The translations under genes and the position numbers were made by a program. DNA of 64,000 nucleotides, taken from contig CAVZSQ010000022.1 of the NCBI GenBank assembly GCA_963777955.1, positions 416,001 through 480,000 of the forward strand. The letters run 5' to 3'. Of the stretch, positions 10,475-21,120 are shown in pieces. Each line of letters begins with the position of its first letter. Within the stretch, counting starts at the first letter, position 1. The notes under the pieces are model-generated. The model had not been told where the DNA came from and searched no databases. It was given only the letters and a program-made list of their open reading frames with translations. The DNA is from Calditrichia bacterium (GTDB lineage Bacteria; Calditrichota; Calditrichia; JAJRVZ01).

Positions 10475-11896
10475 ATGAATAAAATAAAAATAGTATTAAT
10501 TTCTTTTATCGCCCTGGCCTTATTTCTGGCCGGATGTTCGCTGGATGCGCCGACCGAAAAACAGACCGTGCTGAAAACCGGCACAGCGAACCTGGCCAGT
10601 TATGTAGCCCTGGGAAACAGTATAACCGCCGGATTCCAATCTGGTGCTTTAACTGAAAAGCATCAAATTTATAGTTACCCCAACCTTCTGGCTGAACAGA
10701 TGGGTGTAGGTAATTTTGTACAGCCGCTGCTGGCCTATCCGGGTCTGGGTTCATTTACGGCAGATTCAGCTGGAATTCTGCAATTGGTTATGCTGGCCAG
10801 TCCTACCACCGGTAATCCGGTTATTACCCCAGTTCCTTATACGGATTATGCTGCTTATATGGCCATGCCTTATGTAAGTGTCGATGTGGCCACATATGCG
10901 GCACCTTATAATAATTTAGGTGTACCCGGTGCGGTTACGTACGATATTATGAATGCTGTGGATGCGGGTACCAGTGCCTCTCGAACTAACTCCATGTTCA
11001 ACGTAGTATTGCGTAATCCTGGTTTGGGCAATACAACTGCTGCCCAGCAGGCTGCGTTATTAAAACCGACTTTTGTTACCTGCTGGATCGGCAATAACGA
11101 TGTTCTGGGGTATGCCGCCAGCGGTGGTACTTATCCGCCGACCCCTACGCCGGTTGGAGATTTTACCGCGCTTTATACTGCCCTGCTGAACGCCCTGGTA
11201 GCAATTGAGGTTGATACGGTTACTACTTCCCAGGTAGTGGTTGCTAATATCCCGGATGTAACTGCGATTCCTTATTTTACTACGATCCCGTATATGGTTG
11301 ATGTACCCGAAGTAGGCCCGGTTGCTCTGGTCATCCAGACCGGTGCCGGCGCAATACGCCAGGCCACGGCTGCCGACCTGATTTTATTACCTGCTTCATC
11401 AGTCATTGGTGATGTCTCCGGTGCATATGGACAAGCCGGATACCCGGTTGGTCTGGCCGCACAAGCACCGCTGCCGAATTCACTGGTACTGGATGCTGAC
11501 GAGGTAGTCATAGCCCAGGCAGCAACAGCTGCTTTCAATGGGGTAATTGCTGCCCAGGCAGCAGCCCATGAACTTTATGTGGTGGATTTTTATGGTATTT
11601 TCAATGGGATCAAAGCGAATGGTTATCAGACCGGCGGAATGGATTTCTCCACTGATTTCATTACCGGCGGCATTTTCAGTCTGGATGGCGTACATCCGTC
11701 TGATATTGGTCATGCGATTATCACCAATGAGTTTATAAAGGTGATCAATGCCCAGTTCAAGTCTACCATTCCGCCCGTCAATATTGTCGAATTTTCAAAT
11801 AATGTTTCGCTCAAGATGAGTGCAAAGAACGTGCAAATTCCGGGTCCCGATGCCTTTAAATCCGTGATCGCGGCCTGCGGCGGAATTGTCAGATAG
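10475..11896 (+). CDS. SGNH/GDSL hydrolase lipoprotein
   Basis: Lipobox LAGC, YVALGNSITAG (block I), NLGVPGA, WIGNNDVL (block III), DGVHP (block V). Confidence 0.88.
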   Translation: MNKIKIVLISFIALALFLAGCSLDAPTEKQTVLKTGTANLASYVALGNSITAGFQSGALTEKHQIYSYPNLLAEQMGVGNFVQPLLAYPGLGSFTADSAGILQLVMLASPTTGNPVITPVPYTDYAAYMAMPYVSVDVATYAAPYNNLGVPGAVTYDIMNAVDAGTSASRTNSMFNVVLRNPGLGNTTAAQQAALLKPTFVTCWIGNNDVLGYAASGGTYPPTPTPVGDFTALYTALLNALVAIEVDTVTTSQVVVANIPDVTAIPYFTTIPYMVDVPEVGPVALVIQTGAGAIRQATAADLILLPASSVIGDVSGAYGQAGYPVGLAAQAPLPNSLVLDADEVVIAQAATAAFNGVIAAQAAAHELYVVDFYGIFNGIKANGYQTGGMDFSTDFITGGIFSLDGVHPSDIGHAIITNEFIKVINAQFKSTIPPVNIVEFSNNVSLKMSAKNVQIPGPDAFKSVIAACGGIVR

Positions 11897-11918
11897 TTTC
11901 TGTTGATATGCAATGTTT

Positions 11919-11954
11919 AAAAAACCAGCGTTTGATTAACGCTGGTTTTTTTTT
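11919..11954 (+). terminator. Rho-independent terminator (possibly bidirectional)
   Basis: AAAAAACCAGCGTT-TGATT-AACGCTGGTTTTTTTT. Confidence 0.85.
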
Positions 11955-12059
11955 GACCGGATGGAATTATTTATTTATAATATGGCAATTATGTTCGATT
12001 GTCAGGATATGAGTCCCCTCGACGATGCTCGGGGACCGGTTAAAAAGGGAGTTGAAAAT

Positions 12060-12668
12060 TTGAAAATTGTAATTTTAATCCTGATTCTGAGCCTGGCTTT
12101 TACTGTTGCGGGACAAACAGTTCAGACGGCCGCAGGCCTGGCGCCCAGACAGGCCGCAGGCCTGGCGGTCAGACAGACCGAAAATTCCAAACCGAATAGT
12201 CCGGCAATCGGTAAAGAGGCCCCCACATTTTCATTGCCCGATTTACAGCAGAAGTACGTGGCCTTGCGTGATTTTTGCGGCCCCAAGTTGAATAAACCAT
12301 GGATCAATAAAACCAAGCAGGTGGTGGTATTGAGTTTTTTTGCCACATATTGTATACCGTGTCTTAAGGAAATTCCGCATCTGGAAAAAATCGAGAGTAA
12401 TTTTGACGGGCAGCCGGTAAAATTTCTGTTGGTCAATGTCGGCGAAGAAGAAGCGAAGATAAAAGAATTTCTGAGCGGGAATTCTGTTAAACTGGATATC
12501 CTGCTTGACCGGTACAGTAAAATCGCTGAGAAATATGATGCCCTGTCTTTACCCAGATTATATGTGATCGATAAAGAGGGAATTGTGCGTAAAGAGCAAA
12601 AAGGATTCAGCGATCCGGAACAGTTTGAGATAGAATTGACCCGCATGCTCACTGATTTATTAAAATAG
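12060..12668 (+). CDS. TlpA/ResA-like thioredoxin-fold disulfide reductase, exported
   Basis: GGGGAG RBS then TTG MKIVILILIL signal, APTFSLPDL, FFATYCIPC (CxxC), LPRLYVIDKEG. Confidence 0.85.
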   Translation: MKIVILILILSLAFTVAGQTVQTAAGLAPRQAAGLAVRQTENSKPNSPAIGKEAPTFSLPDLQQKYVALRDFCGPKLNKPWINKTKQVVVLSFFATYCIPCLKEIPHLEKIESNFDGQPVKFLLVNVGEEEAKIKEFLSGNSVKLDILLDRYSKIAEKYDALSLPRLYVIDKEGIVRKEQKGFSDPEQFEIELTRMLTDLLK

Positions 12669-12791
12669 ATTTTTGATATCTGTGACTGATTGTCAGGCAG
12701 ACAATTTAAAAGCCTAAATAAATCCCAAAAATTTCTTGCTTTAGTAATAAAATATAATAAATTACAGGCACAATCATTTTACTGGTTTATT

Positions 12792-13196
12792 ATGCGTCGT
12801 ATTTCCATTATAATAGTGGTATTATTACCTATATATCTGTTAGCTCTGACAGGTTATATAATTTTTTCAGAGTGCAGTGCCACACCGGCCAATAACAAAG
12901 TCACTATTACGTGGGTCACTAAGACTGAGTCAGGGGTGAGTAAATTCATTATCCTGCGCAGTTTGGACGATAAGGTTTTCAATGAAGCAGGTAATACCCT
13001 GGCCAGAGGGACGGCGGGAAATTATTCTTTCACCGATGCCAATGTAATTTTCAAAGATACTCAGACTTTTTTCTATAAAATACGGGCGGTCCGGAGCAAT
13101 AATACCATAATTGAAGACAGTGAATCTCTGATGGTTAATCCTAATATATCCGGCATCTTCCGTACCTGGGGCGCGATTAAAGCTATATTCCGTTAA
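12792..13196 (+). CDS. Small secreted Ig/FN3-like protein with C-terminal TWGAIKAIFR motif
   Basis: MRRISIIIVVLLPIYLLA signal. VTITWVTKTESGVSKFIILRS, YSFTD and FFYKIRAV match the FN3-like module that usually precedes FCB sorting domains. Confidence 0.7.
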   Translation: MRRISIIIVVLLPIYLLALTGYIIFSECSATPANNKVTITWVTKTESGVSKFIILRSLDDKVFNEAGNTLARGTAGNYSFTDANVIFKDTQTFFYKIRAVRSNNTIIEDSESLMVNPNISGIFRTWGAIKAIFR

Positions 13197-13223
13197 TCGA
13201 AACAGTTAAATAAATCTTAGGCA

Positions 13224-13253
13224 ACCCTTTTCCTGTGAGAAGGGTTTTTTTTT
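13224..13253 (+). terminator. Rho-independent terminator
   Basis: AACCCTTTTC-CTGT-GAGAAGGGTT followed by a T run. Confidence 0.7.
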
Positions 13254-13267
13254 ATCCGGAGGAGCAT

Positions 13268-14940
13268 ATGCGGTTGCTGGGTGCCTTAATGATTATGGGG
13301 GTCATGATGTTTTCCTGTCACAACAGAATACAGCCGGCCGATCGTGTTTTTCGCAACGGCCGGTTCTGGACAGTTGATGCAAATCAACCGCGGGCAGCGG
13401 TGGTGGGAATCAAAAACGGCAGGTTCAATTACGTAGGCCCGGAAATCCCCGCTGGCCTGATCGGACCGGAAACGGAAGTGATCGACCTGCAGAATGGTTT
13501 TGTTCTTCCGGGAATGAATGATGCCCATCTGCATTTACTGACCGGCGGTTTCTCCTTAAGCCAGATCGATTTACGCCACTGCCGGAGCAAAACAGAATTC
13601 ATCGGGAAAATTTCCGACTATGCAAAAAAGATGCCGCCCGGGGAATGGATACTCGGTGGAAACTGGGATCATACCCTGTGGCCTGATGCCGAAGGATTAC
13701 CGGCACGATCATGGATTGACAGAGTAACCCCGGCAAATCCGGTTTTTGTTAACCGACTGGACGGGCATATGGCTCTGGCCAATTCTCTGGCCCTGAAACT
13801 GGCCGGTATCGATGAGAATGTGGCTACACCCCCCGGCGGTGTGATCGTTCGGGACCACCAAGGGAAATTGACCGGTATCCTTAAAGATGCGGCTATGAAT
13901 TTAGTCAGCCGGGTCATACCCGAACCCGGTCCGGAATTTAAATTGATGGCTGCAGAGAATGCGGGGAGATACCTGTTGGAAAATGGCGTCACTTCGGCCA
14001 ATGATATGGGTAACTTATCCGACCTGGCAGTATATAAACAATTGATCGCACAGAATAAATTGAAGGTGCGTCTGACCTGTTATATCCCCATCGCCAACTG
14101 GCAGGAGTTGAAATCTGTGACTGATGGGACGGTGGATCATAACCTGCTGAAAGTTAATGGAGTGAAGAGTTTCATGGATGGTTCCCTCGGTTCAGGAACG
14201 GCCAGATTTTTTGAACCCTATCTGAATGATCCGCAAAATCGCGGGGTATGGGACGAGCAGGCCATACCACCGGAAAAAATCTATGACCGGCTCAAAGCGG
14301 TGGATAGTTTAGGGAAACAGGTAGCCGTGCATGCTATCGGGGATGAAGCCAATGCCCGCTTGCTGGAGTTTTATGCGTGAAATTAAGGCAGGCAGCAAAG
14401 GTCGTGATCAGCGCTTCCGTATTGAACATGCCCAGCATTTACGCTGGGAGGATATACCCAGGTTTTCTCAGCTGGGGGTGATTGCCAGTATGCAGCCGTT
14501 TCATTGCATCGACGACGGCCGCTGGGCGGAAGAACGGATAGGTCTGGAAAGATGCCGTTCCACCTATGCTTTTCGTACCCTGTTAGACAGCGGGGCAGTG
14601 CTGGCCTTTGGCAGCGACTGGTACGTGGCGCCGGCAAGTCCATTGTGGGGCATTTATGCGGCAGTAACCCGTCGGACACTGGATGAAAAAAATCCTGATG
14701 GTTGGATACCTGAGCAAAAAATTACTGTTGAAGAAGCAATCCGCTGCTATACCATCAATGGTGCTTATGCTGATTTTTCAGAGCGGGAAAAGGGGAGCCT
14801 GGAGACCGGCAAACTCGCCGATTTTGTGGTACTTTCGGAAGATCTTACTAAAATCGATCCGGTGGAAATAAAAGAATGTTCAGGTACTGAGAACGGTTGT
14901 CGGGGGAGAAACTGTATTTGAAAAAAAAACTATAGATAAT
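13268..14940 (+). CDS. Amidohydrolase family 3 (YtcJ-like) metallohydrolase lipoprotein, frameshifts near 14378 and 14872; probably fused to the downstream esterase
   Basis: Lipobox [43 protein letters not shown]. The C-terminal [12 protein letters not shown] is in the frame of 14881. Confidence 0.85.
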
Positions 14941-15969
14941 AAATATTTCCCGGCGGACAATCCCTTTATTCAATATACCGGCCGCATTGATTTCGCTGAT
15001 CCCCAAAAACCTAAATTGGCCGGAGCAGGATGCTATCTGCAGGGAATCTTCACGGGCAGTTCCATTGAAATGCTGCTGCAGGACCAGCATTTGAATGGAA
15101 ACCGGAACTACATGTCGGTAGTGCTGGACGGAGAATATCTGGGAAGGATACGAATGACAGCCGGCCAAAACCGTTATGTGCTGGCGGAAGGATTGGAAGA
15201 CAGAGAGCATACTATTTTAGTTTGCAAAGCAACCGAAGCCGCTATCGGGTATGTGGAATTTGCCGGATTCAACTGCCATGAATTATTGCCAGCCCCTGAA
15301 AAGCCTGAACGGAAAATTGAGTTTATCGGGAATTCCATTACCTGTGGGACGGGACTGGATCTTTCCGGAATTCCCTGTGATTCGGCAGAATGGTATGACC
15401 AGCACAATGCTTATCTGGCTTTCGGTCCGCTGTTAGCCCGCCGGTTAAACGCTCAATGGTTATTAAGTTCTGTTTCAGGTAGCGGTATTGAACGCAACTG
15501 GAATGGGCTGGGACCGACTCTACCGCAGGTTTACCATAATACCTATTTAAGACCTGATTCAGCAAATTTATGGGATTTTTCCGGTTATGTACCGGATCTG
15601 GTTGTGATCAGTCTGGGCACCAACGATTTCTCAGACGGAGACGGGAAAATTCCCCGGGCTTTGCCGGATTCCACAAAGTTTGTCAATGCTTATCTTCAGT
15701 TTCTAAAAACAGTCCGTAAAAATTATCCTCAGGCGGTTATCTGCTGCTTATCCAGTCCGGTCATGCAAGGAGAAAAATCAAGGATTTTACAGCAGTATCT
15801 GGAGACGATAGTTGAATATATGCATAATAAAGAAAACGATAAAAAAGTCACCAAATTTTTCTTTGCCAAGGTATATGATCATGGTTGTAACGGTCATCCT
15901 GACCGGCAGGAGCATGCGCAGATGGCCAATGAACTGGAACCGTTCCTGAAGCAAGTAATGCAATGGTAA
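14941..15969 (+). CDS. Carbohydrate esterase family 2-like SGNH hydrolase (CE2 N-domain + SGNH domain)
   Basis: The frame is open upstream of 15016 (PADNPFIQYTGRID). IEFIGNSITCG, SVSGSG, LGTNDF, NGHP. Confidence 0.82.
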   Translation, partial: KYFPADNPFIQYTGRIDFADPQKPKLAGAGCYLQGIFTGSSIEMLLQDQHLNGNRNYMSVVLDGEYLGRIRMTAGQNRYVLAEGLEDREHTILVCKATEAAIGYVEFAGFNCHELLPAPEKPERKIEFIGNSITCGTGLDLSGIPCDSAEWYDQHNAYLAFGPLLARRLNAQWLLSSVSGSGIERNWNGLGPTLPQVYHNTYLRPDSANLWDFSGYVPDLVVISLGTNDFSDGDGKIPRALPDSTKFVNAYLQFLKTVRKNYPQAVICCLSSPVMQGEKSRILQQYLETIVEYMHNKENDKKVTKFFFAKVYDHGCNGHPDRQEHAQMANELEPFLKQVMQW

Positions 15970-16205
15970 TTATAGTGTTAAGGTAGATAAAGTTCTAAAA
16001 TTGGTCGGGAATACAAATCAAGTCTATTGACTTGAAATTACCGTTTTCAAAACTATAACCTTAAAAAATGTCAACTTGATTCAAAACTCTGTCATTGATG
16101 TTTTATTAGACTGGATTTATGGCAATGATCAGGATTTATTAAATTATACAGGTTATTTTTTACTGCTACATAGCGAATCTCAGATGAAATGAAGGTGTAT
16201 TGATC

Positions 16206-17522
16206 ATGCTGGAAAAGATTTTTCACCTGTCCCTTAAATAAAACTTCCCTGAAAAACGAATTCATCGGCGGTAGCACAACCTTTATGACCATGGCTTATA
16301 TTATCTTTGTGCAACCGGTGGTTCTTTCTGCCGCCGGAATGGATTTTGGTGCCGTGATTACCGCTACCTGTATCTCCAGTGCTCTGGCTATCTTTTTAAT
16401 GGGATTTTATGCAAATTATCCTGTTGCTCTGGCTCCGGGGATGGGACAAAATTTCTTCTTTGCTTATACGGTAGTCCTGACCCTGGGCGTTTCCTGGCAG
16501 GTAGCACTGGGTATGGTCTTTGTCGCCGGGGTACTGTTTGTACTTTTGACCCTGGTCGGTTTACGATCTAAGATGATCGATGCCATTCCCGAATCGCAAA
16601 AACATGCCATTGCCATCGGCATCGGTCTGATGATCACTCTGATCGGCCTGGAATGGGCGGGGCTGGTGGTGGATCATCCTTCCCTGCTGGTTACGCTGGG
16701 TGATTTTGGAAATCCGGCCACACTGTTAGCCCTGGCCGGTTTATTGATCACCTCTATTTTACTGATTCGCCGTGTGCCCGGAGCCATGCTGATCGGAATT
16801 CTGTCAACCACGCTGATCGGCTGGGCGGCAGGATTGATATCATACGGCGGTCTATTCAGTACACCACCCTCGATTCAACCGACCCTGTTCAAACTTGATA
16901 TTCTGGGGACTTTGCAGCCGGAATTATTACCGGTGGTTTTGACCTTTCTGATCCTGGCTATGTTCGATACAATCGGTACACTGGTTGGGGTAGCAAATCA
17001 GGCCGGATTTCTGGTCGATGGAAAATTACCGCGGGCGGAAAAAGCGCTGTTTTCTGATGCGGTCGGCACAATAATCGGGGCTCTGGGCGGGACGTCCACT
17101 ATTACCGCTTACATCGAAAGTGCATCCGGTGTAGCCAGCGGTGCCCGCACTGGTCTGGCCAATATCTTCACCGGCATCCTGTTCATCCTGGCACTATTCT
17201 TCTATCCGTTAATCCAGATGATTGCCGGTGAGGTAAAGACGGAAAGCGGATTGATATTGCATCCCTGCATCGCACCGGTCCTGATTCTGGTCGGGATTTA
17301 TATGATGAAGAGTGTCCGCCACATTCCCTGGGAGGATTTCTCGGAAAGCATCCCAGCTTTTCTCACCATGATTTTTATCCCATTCTCCTTCCGCATCACC
17401 GAAGGGATCGCCATCGGATTTATAAGTTATGTGATTTTAAAGACCGTCAAAGGTGAAATGAAAAAGATACCGGTCTGATGTGGATTTTTGCGGGGATATT
17501 CTTATTGCGTTATATATTTTAA
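16206..17522 (+). CDS. NCS2/AzgA family purine (guanine/hypoxanthine/adenine) permease, frameshifts near both ends
   Basis: MLEKIFHL...EFIGGSTTFMTMAYIIFVQP, APGMGQNFFF, FDTIGTL, YIESASGVASGARTGL. The last helix continues in another frame to TAA 17520-17522. Confidence 0.9.
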
Positions 17523-17524
17523 TA

Positions 17525-17583
17525 ACCCACCCCTAACCCCTCCCTTTCAGTCTGTTGACTGAAAGGGAGGGGAGGGGGTGGGT
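17525..17583. repeat. CCCCTCCCT...AGGGAGGGG palindromic element (copy 1 of 3)
   Basis: ACCCACCCC-TAA-CCCCTCCCTTTCAGTC-TGTT-GACTGAAAGGGAGGGG-A-GGGGGTGGGT. Related copies at 23274 and 60640. Confidence 0.8.
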
Positions 17584-17601
17584 CATAACAATATGCGATC
17601 A

Positions 17602-17627
17602 GGGTTCGACTCCCATTTGCCCCCGCA
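17602..17627 (+). other. tRNA 3'-end fragment (T-loop plus acceptor strand, tRNA-Sec-like), possible att remnant
   Basis: GGG-TTCGACT-CCCAT-TTGCCCCC-GC(A)A. No D-arm or anticodon arm upstream. Confidence 0.45.
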
Positions 17628-17869
17628 ATATTTAAGATAAAAGATTAAAGAAAAAAGACAAAAGAACAGGAGTTTATTTAGTCTTCATTCTAAATTCAAG
17701 TACCAAATTCCAGCGAAGGGGATTTTTTGATTTAGGATTATACATTATTGGGATTTATTATTTGGTACTTGGAATTTGAGATTTATTATTATAATTTAAT
17801 GTATTAGTTATATCAGATTTATAAGAAGACGTTTTATAAATCAGAAAAGATTAATAAAATGGAATGAAT

Positions 17870-19282
17870 ATGTGTACGGCATTTCACTGAAACTCATTTC
17901 TTATAGTATGATTATCTTTGATTTTCTTTCTCAATTCCAAAATTCAGGCCCAGGTGGATACACTCTGGACAAAAACGTATGGGGGAAACTATATGTCCGG
18001 GGGTAGTAGATTCCAGCAAACAAAAGATGAAGGATATATTATAACTGGTTTCACATTTTCATACTTATTTGATGAAGATGTTTTGCTGATTAAAACGAAT
18101 GCTTCCGGTGATACACTCTGGACAAAGACATTTGGGGGGAATAAGAATGAATATGGTAATTCAGTCCAGCAGACTGAGGATGGAGGATATATTATTGCTG
18201 GAGGAACAGATTCATTCGGTACTGTTGGCGATGATATTTGGTTGATTAAAACCAATGATTCTGGTGATACACTGTGGACAAAAACGTTTGGGGGAAGTGC
18301 TCATTCAGTCCTGCAGACTTCAGACGGAGGGTATATAATAACAGGTCATAGTCTAATTAAAACTAATTCTAATGGTGATATATTATGGACAAAGGCATTA
18401 ATGGGTAATTCGGTCCAACAGACAAAGGATGAAGGCTATATCATAACTGGATCTAAATATACATTTGATAGAGGTGAGGATGTTTGGTTAATTAAAACAG
18501 ATTTCGATGGAGATACGCTTTGGACAAAAACATATGGGAAGATTGGTTATGACGAGGCTTATTCAGTACAGCAGACTATGGATGAAGGATACATTATAAT
18601 TGGAGGGATACAATCATCCCCTTATTCTTTTAATTATAAAAATGTTTGGCTAATTAAAACGAATGCCTCAGGTGATACTCTCTGGACAAAAATATTCGGG
18701 GAAAATGGAGAAGAACAGGGTTTTTCAGTCCAGCAGACTAAAGATGGAGGATATATAGTAGTAGGATGCATAGAATCGTATAGTAATTACCTCGATGTCT
18801 GGTTGATGAAAACTGATGCTTCTGGTGATGCGCTTTGGACTAAGACCTTCGGAGGAATTGGTGATGACCATGGTTTCTCAGTCCAGCAGACCGGAGATGC
18901 AGGTTATATTATTTATGGATATACGTTTTCAGTTGGTTATGGAGAAATATGGCTGATTAAAACCACTCCTGATACAATTACTACTGGTTTATGCAAAAAT
19001 GAGAGATTAATGCAGCTTGCAGAATTTGTTCTGAAACAGAACTACCCGAATCCATTCAATCCGAAAACCAGCGTTAAGTTTTCTATTCCAAGATCAGATC
19101 AGGTTACGATGTCTATCTTTACTGTTACTGGCCAGCTAATAGAATCAAAAACTATGTATTTGATTCCTGGTTCATATAGTTATGAATTTGATGGAACCAA
19201 TTATTCGTCAGGCATCTATTTTTATAAAATATCAACTTCATCAGGATTTACTGCTGGACGTAAGATGGTGTTGTTAAAGTAG
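17870..19282 (+). CDS. Secreted tandem-repeat (beta-propeller-like) protein with T9SS type-A-like C-terminal sorting domain, copy 1
   Basis: About 7 repeats of [14 protein letters not shown]...[21 protein letters not shown], then [11 protein letters not shown]...SSGIYFYKI...RKMVLLK. The ATG at 17870 is shared with the paralogues, and the signal peptide is frameshifted. Confidence 0.85.
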
Positions 19283-19409
19283 CATGTAATTAATAATGAG
19301 TATCATTCTTATAAGTTTTAACAGGAAAAATGTCTAAAAATATTATAAATATTCAGATTTATATTGAGACTAATAGTTCGAAAATTGTACAATCCACCCC
19401 CGCTTTTTT

Positions 19410-19525
19410 AAATTCCTAATCTCAAATACCAAATTCCAAACAAGTATCAGTAAATGCTTTAAGAACTCGAAAAATTTGTAATTTGCAATTGGTAATTGGA
19501 ATTTGGTGCTTGGAATTTGGAATTT
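19410..19525. repeat. Inverted 7-bp tandem arrays (AAATTCC/GGAATTT family) forming a long hairpin; related arrays at 17692-17784, 21121-21143, 22828-22857 and 22963-22998
   Basis: aaattcctaatctcaaataccaaattccaa pairs with ttggaatttggtgcttggaatttggaattt. Confidence 0.8.
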
Positions 19526-19610
19526 CGTGCTCTAAATTGATAAAGAAATCATATCGTATTTAAAAGAAGACGTCTAATAATTTAAAAAATACTTACGAAA
19601 TGGAGTGAAT

Positions 19611-21120
19611 ATGTGTAAGCAATTCACAGGAACACATATCTGTGAGCATAATTATTATCGATTTTCATTTCAACATCCACAATTCAGGGTCAGGTGGATA
19701 CGCTATGGACGAAATACGTATGGAGGTAATCAGTGATGAAGATGGTGGGTCAATCGAGCAGACAAACGACGGAGGATATATTACTTACTGGAGCGACACA
19801 ATTCATTCGGTGGTCATGGAAGCGTCGATGTTTGGCTTAATCAAAACAGATGCTTCATGGTGATACACTTTGGACAAAAACGTTTGGAGGAAGTGGTGAT
19901 GATTGTGGGCAATTCAGTGCAGCAGACCATACGATGAAGGATATATTGTAACTGGAGAGACGAATTCATTTGGTGCATGGCGATCCAATGATGTTTGGTT
20001 GATTAAAACCGAATGCCGATGGTGATACACTTTGGACAAAAACGTTTGGGAGGAATGCATTATGACGCGGAGTATATCAGTCCAGCAGACAGTGGATGGC
20101 GGATATATCATCATCAGCGATATACAGATTCGTATCGGTGCTGGTCGACATGGATATTTGGATGATAAAAACAGATGACGGACGGTGATACACTCTGGAC
20201 AAAGACATTTGGTGGAAGTGGAGATGAAGTAAGTATATTCAGTCCAGCAAACTGAAAGATGGAGGATATGTTATAACTGGAGACATACATGGTCTTCGAA
20301 CGCGAGCAATCGCCATGATGCTTGGCTGATTAGAACAAATGCTGATGGTGACACGATCTGGACAAAAACGTTTAGGGGAAGTGGTTATGAAGAGGGTTAT
20401 GCAGACCAACGGACTAAGGATGAAGGGTATATTATAACGGGACAAACAGATTTATCTGGTACTGGTAACACAGAAATGCCTGGCTTATTAAAACAAATGC
20501 CGCTGGTGACACGCTCTGGACAAAAACATTTGGGGGAAGTAATGATGATTATGGTTATTCAGTCCAGCAGACTAAGGATGAAGGATATATTATAATTGGA
20601 CAAACAGGTTCACTCGGTGCTGGTAGATTTGATGTTCGGCTGACGAAAACAAATGCCGACGGCGATACGGTTTGGACAAAAACGTTCGGGGGAAGTGGTG
20701 ATGAAGGGGCTTCTACAGTCCAGCAGACCAAAGATGAAGGGTATATTATAACTGGATACACAAATTCATTCGGTGCTGGTGATGTCATGATGTTTGGCTG
20801 ATTAAAACAACTCCTGATGCTTAACACAATCGAAAAAACTAATATTAATACTCTTTTAGATTATACGTTATCTCAAAATTTTCCAAATCCCTATAATCCG
20901 AAAACAACTTTTAAGTTTCTCTATTCCCAAATCAGATCAGGTAACGATCTCCATTTATGCAATCTCCGGTCAGATGATTGAATCAAAAACTATGAATTTA
21001 ACTCCTGGTTCATATACATATGAATTTGATGGATCTAAATATTCTACAGGTATCTATTTATATAAAATTTCGACTTCATCTGGGTTTAGTGCAGAGCGGA
21101 AAATGGTATTGTTAAAATAA
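19611..21120 (+). pseudogene. Copy 2 of the repeat/CTD protein, heavily frameshifted (true decay or poorly polished consensus)
   Basis: Same ATGTGTAAGC start, ggtgatacactttggacaaaaacgtttgg repeats, caaaattttccaaatccc CTD and aaaatggtattgttaaaataa end, but with many 1-nt indels. Confidence 0.7.

Noticed and set aside
14370..14385. Programmed frameshift or TGA selenocysteine readthrough in the amidohydrolase
   Set aside because: The continuation is in a different frame, so readthrough would not restore it. No slippery heptamer or SECIS is evident, and indel errors are common in this window.
15970..16205. Purine riboswitch upstream of the NCS2 permease
   Set aside because: The conserved TA-TAAT...ATATGG...GTTTCTACC...CCGTAAA core is not present.
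17570..17630. Intact tRNA gene
   Set aside because: Only a T-loop and acceptor 3' strand are present. The upstream G-run belongs to the CCCCTCCCT palindrome and the length is too short.
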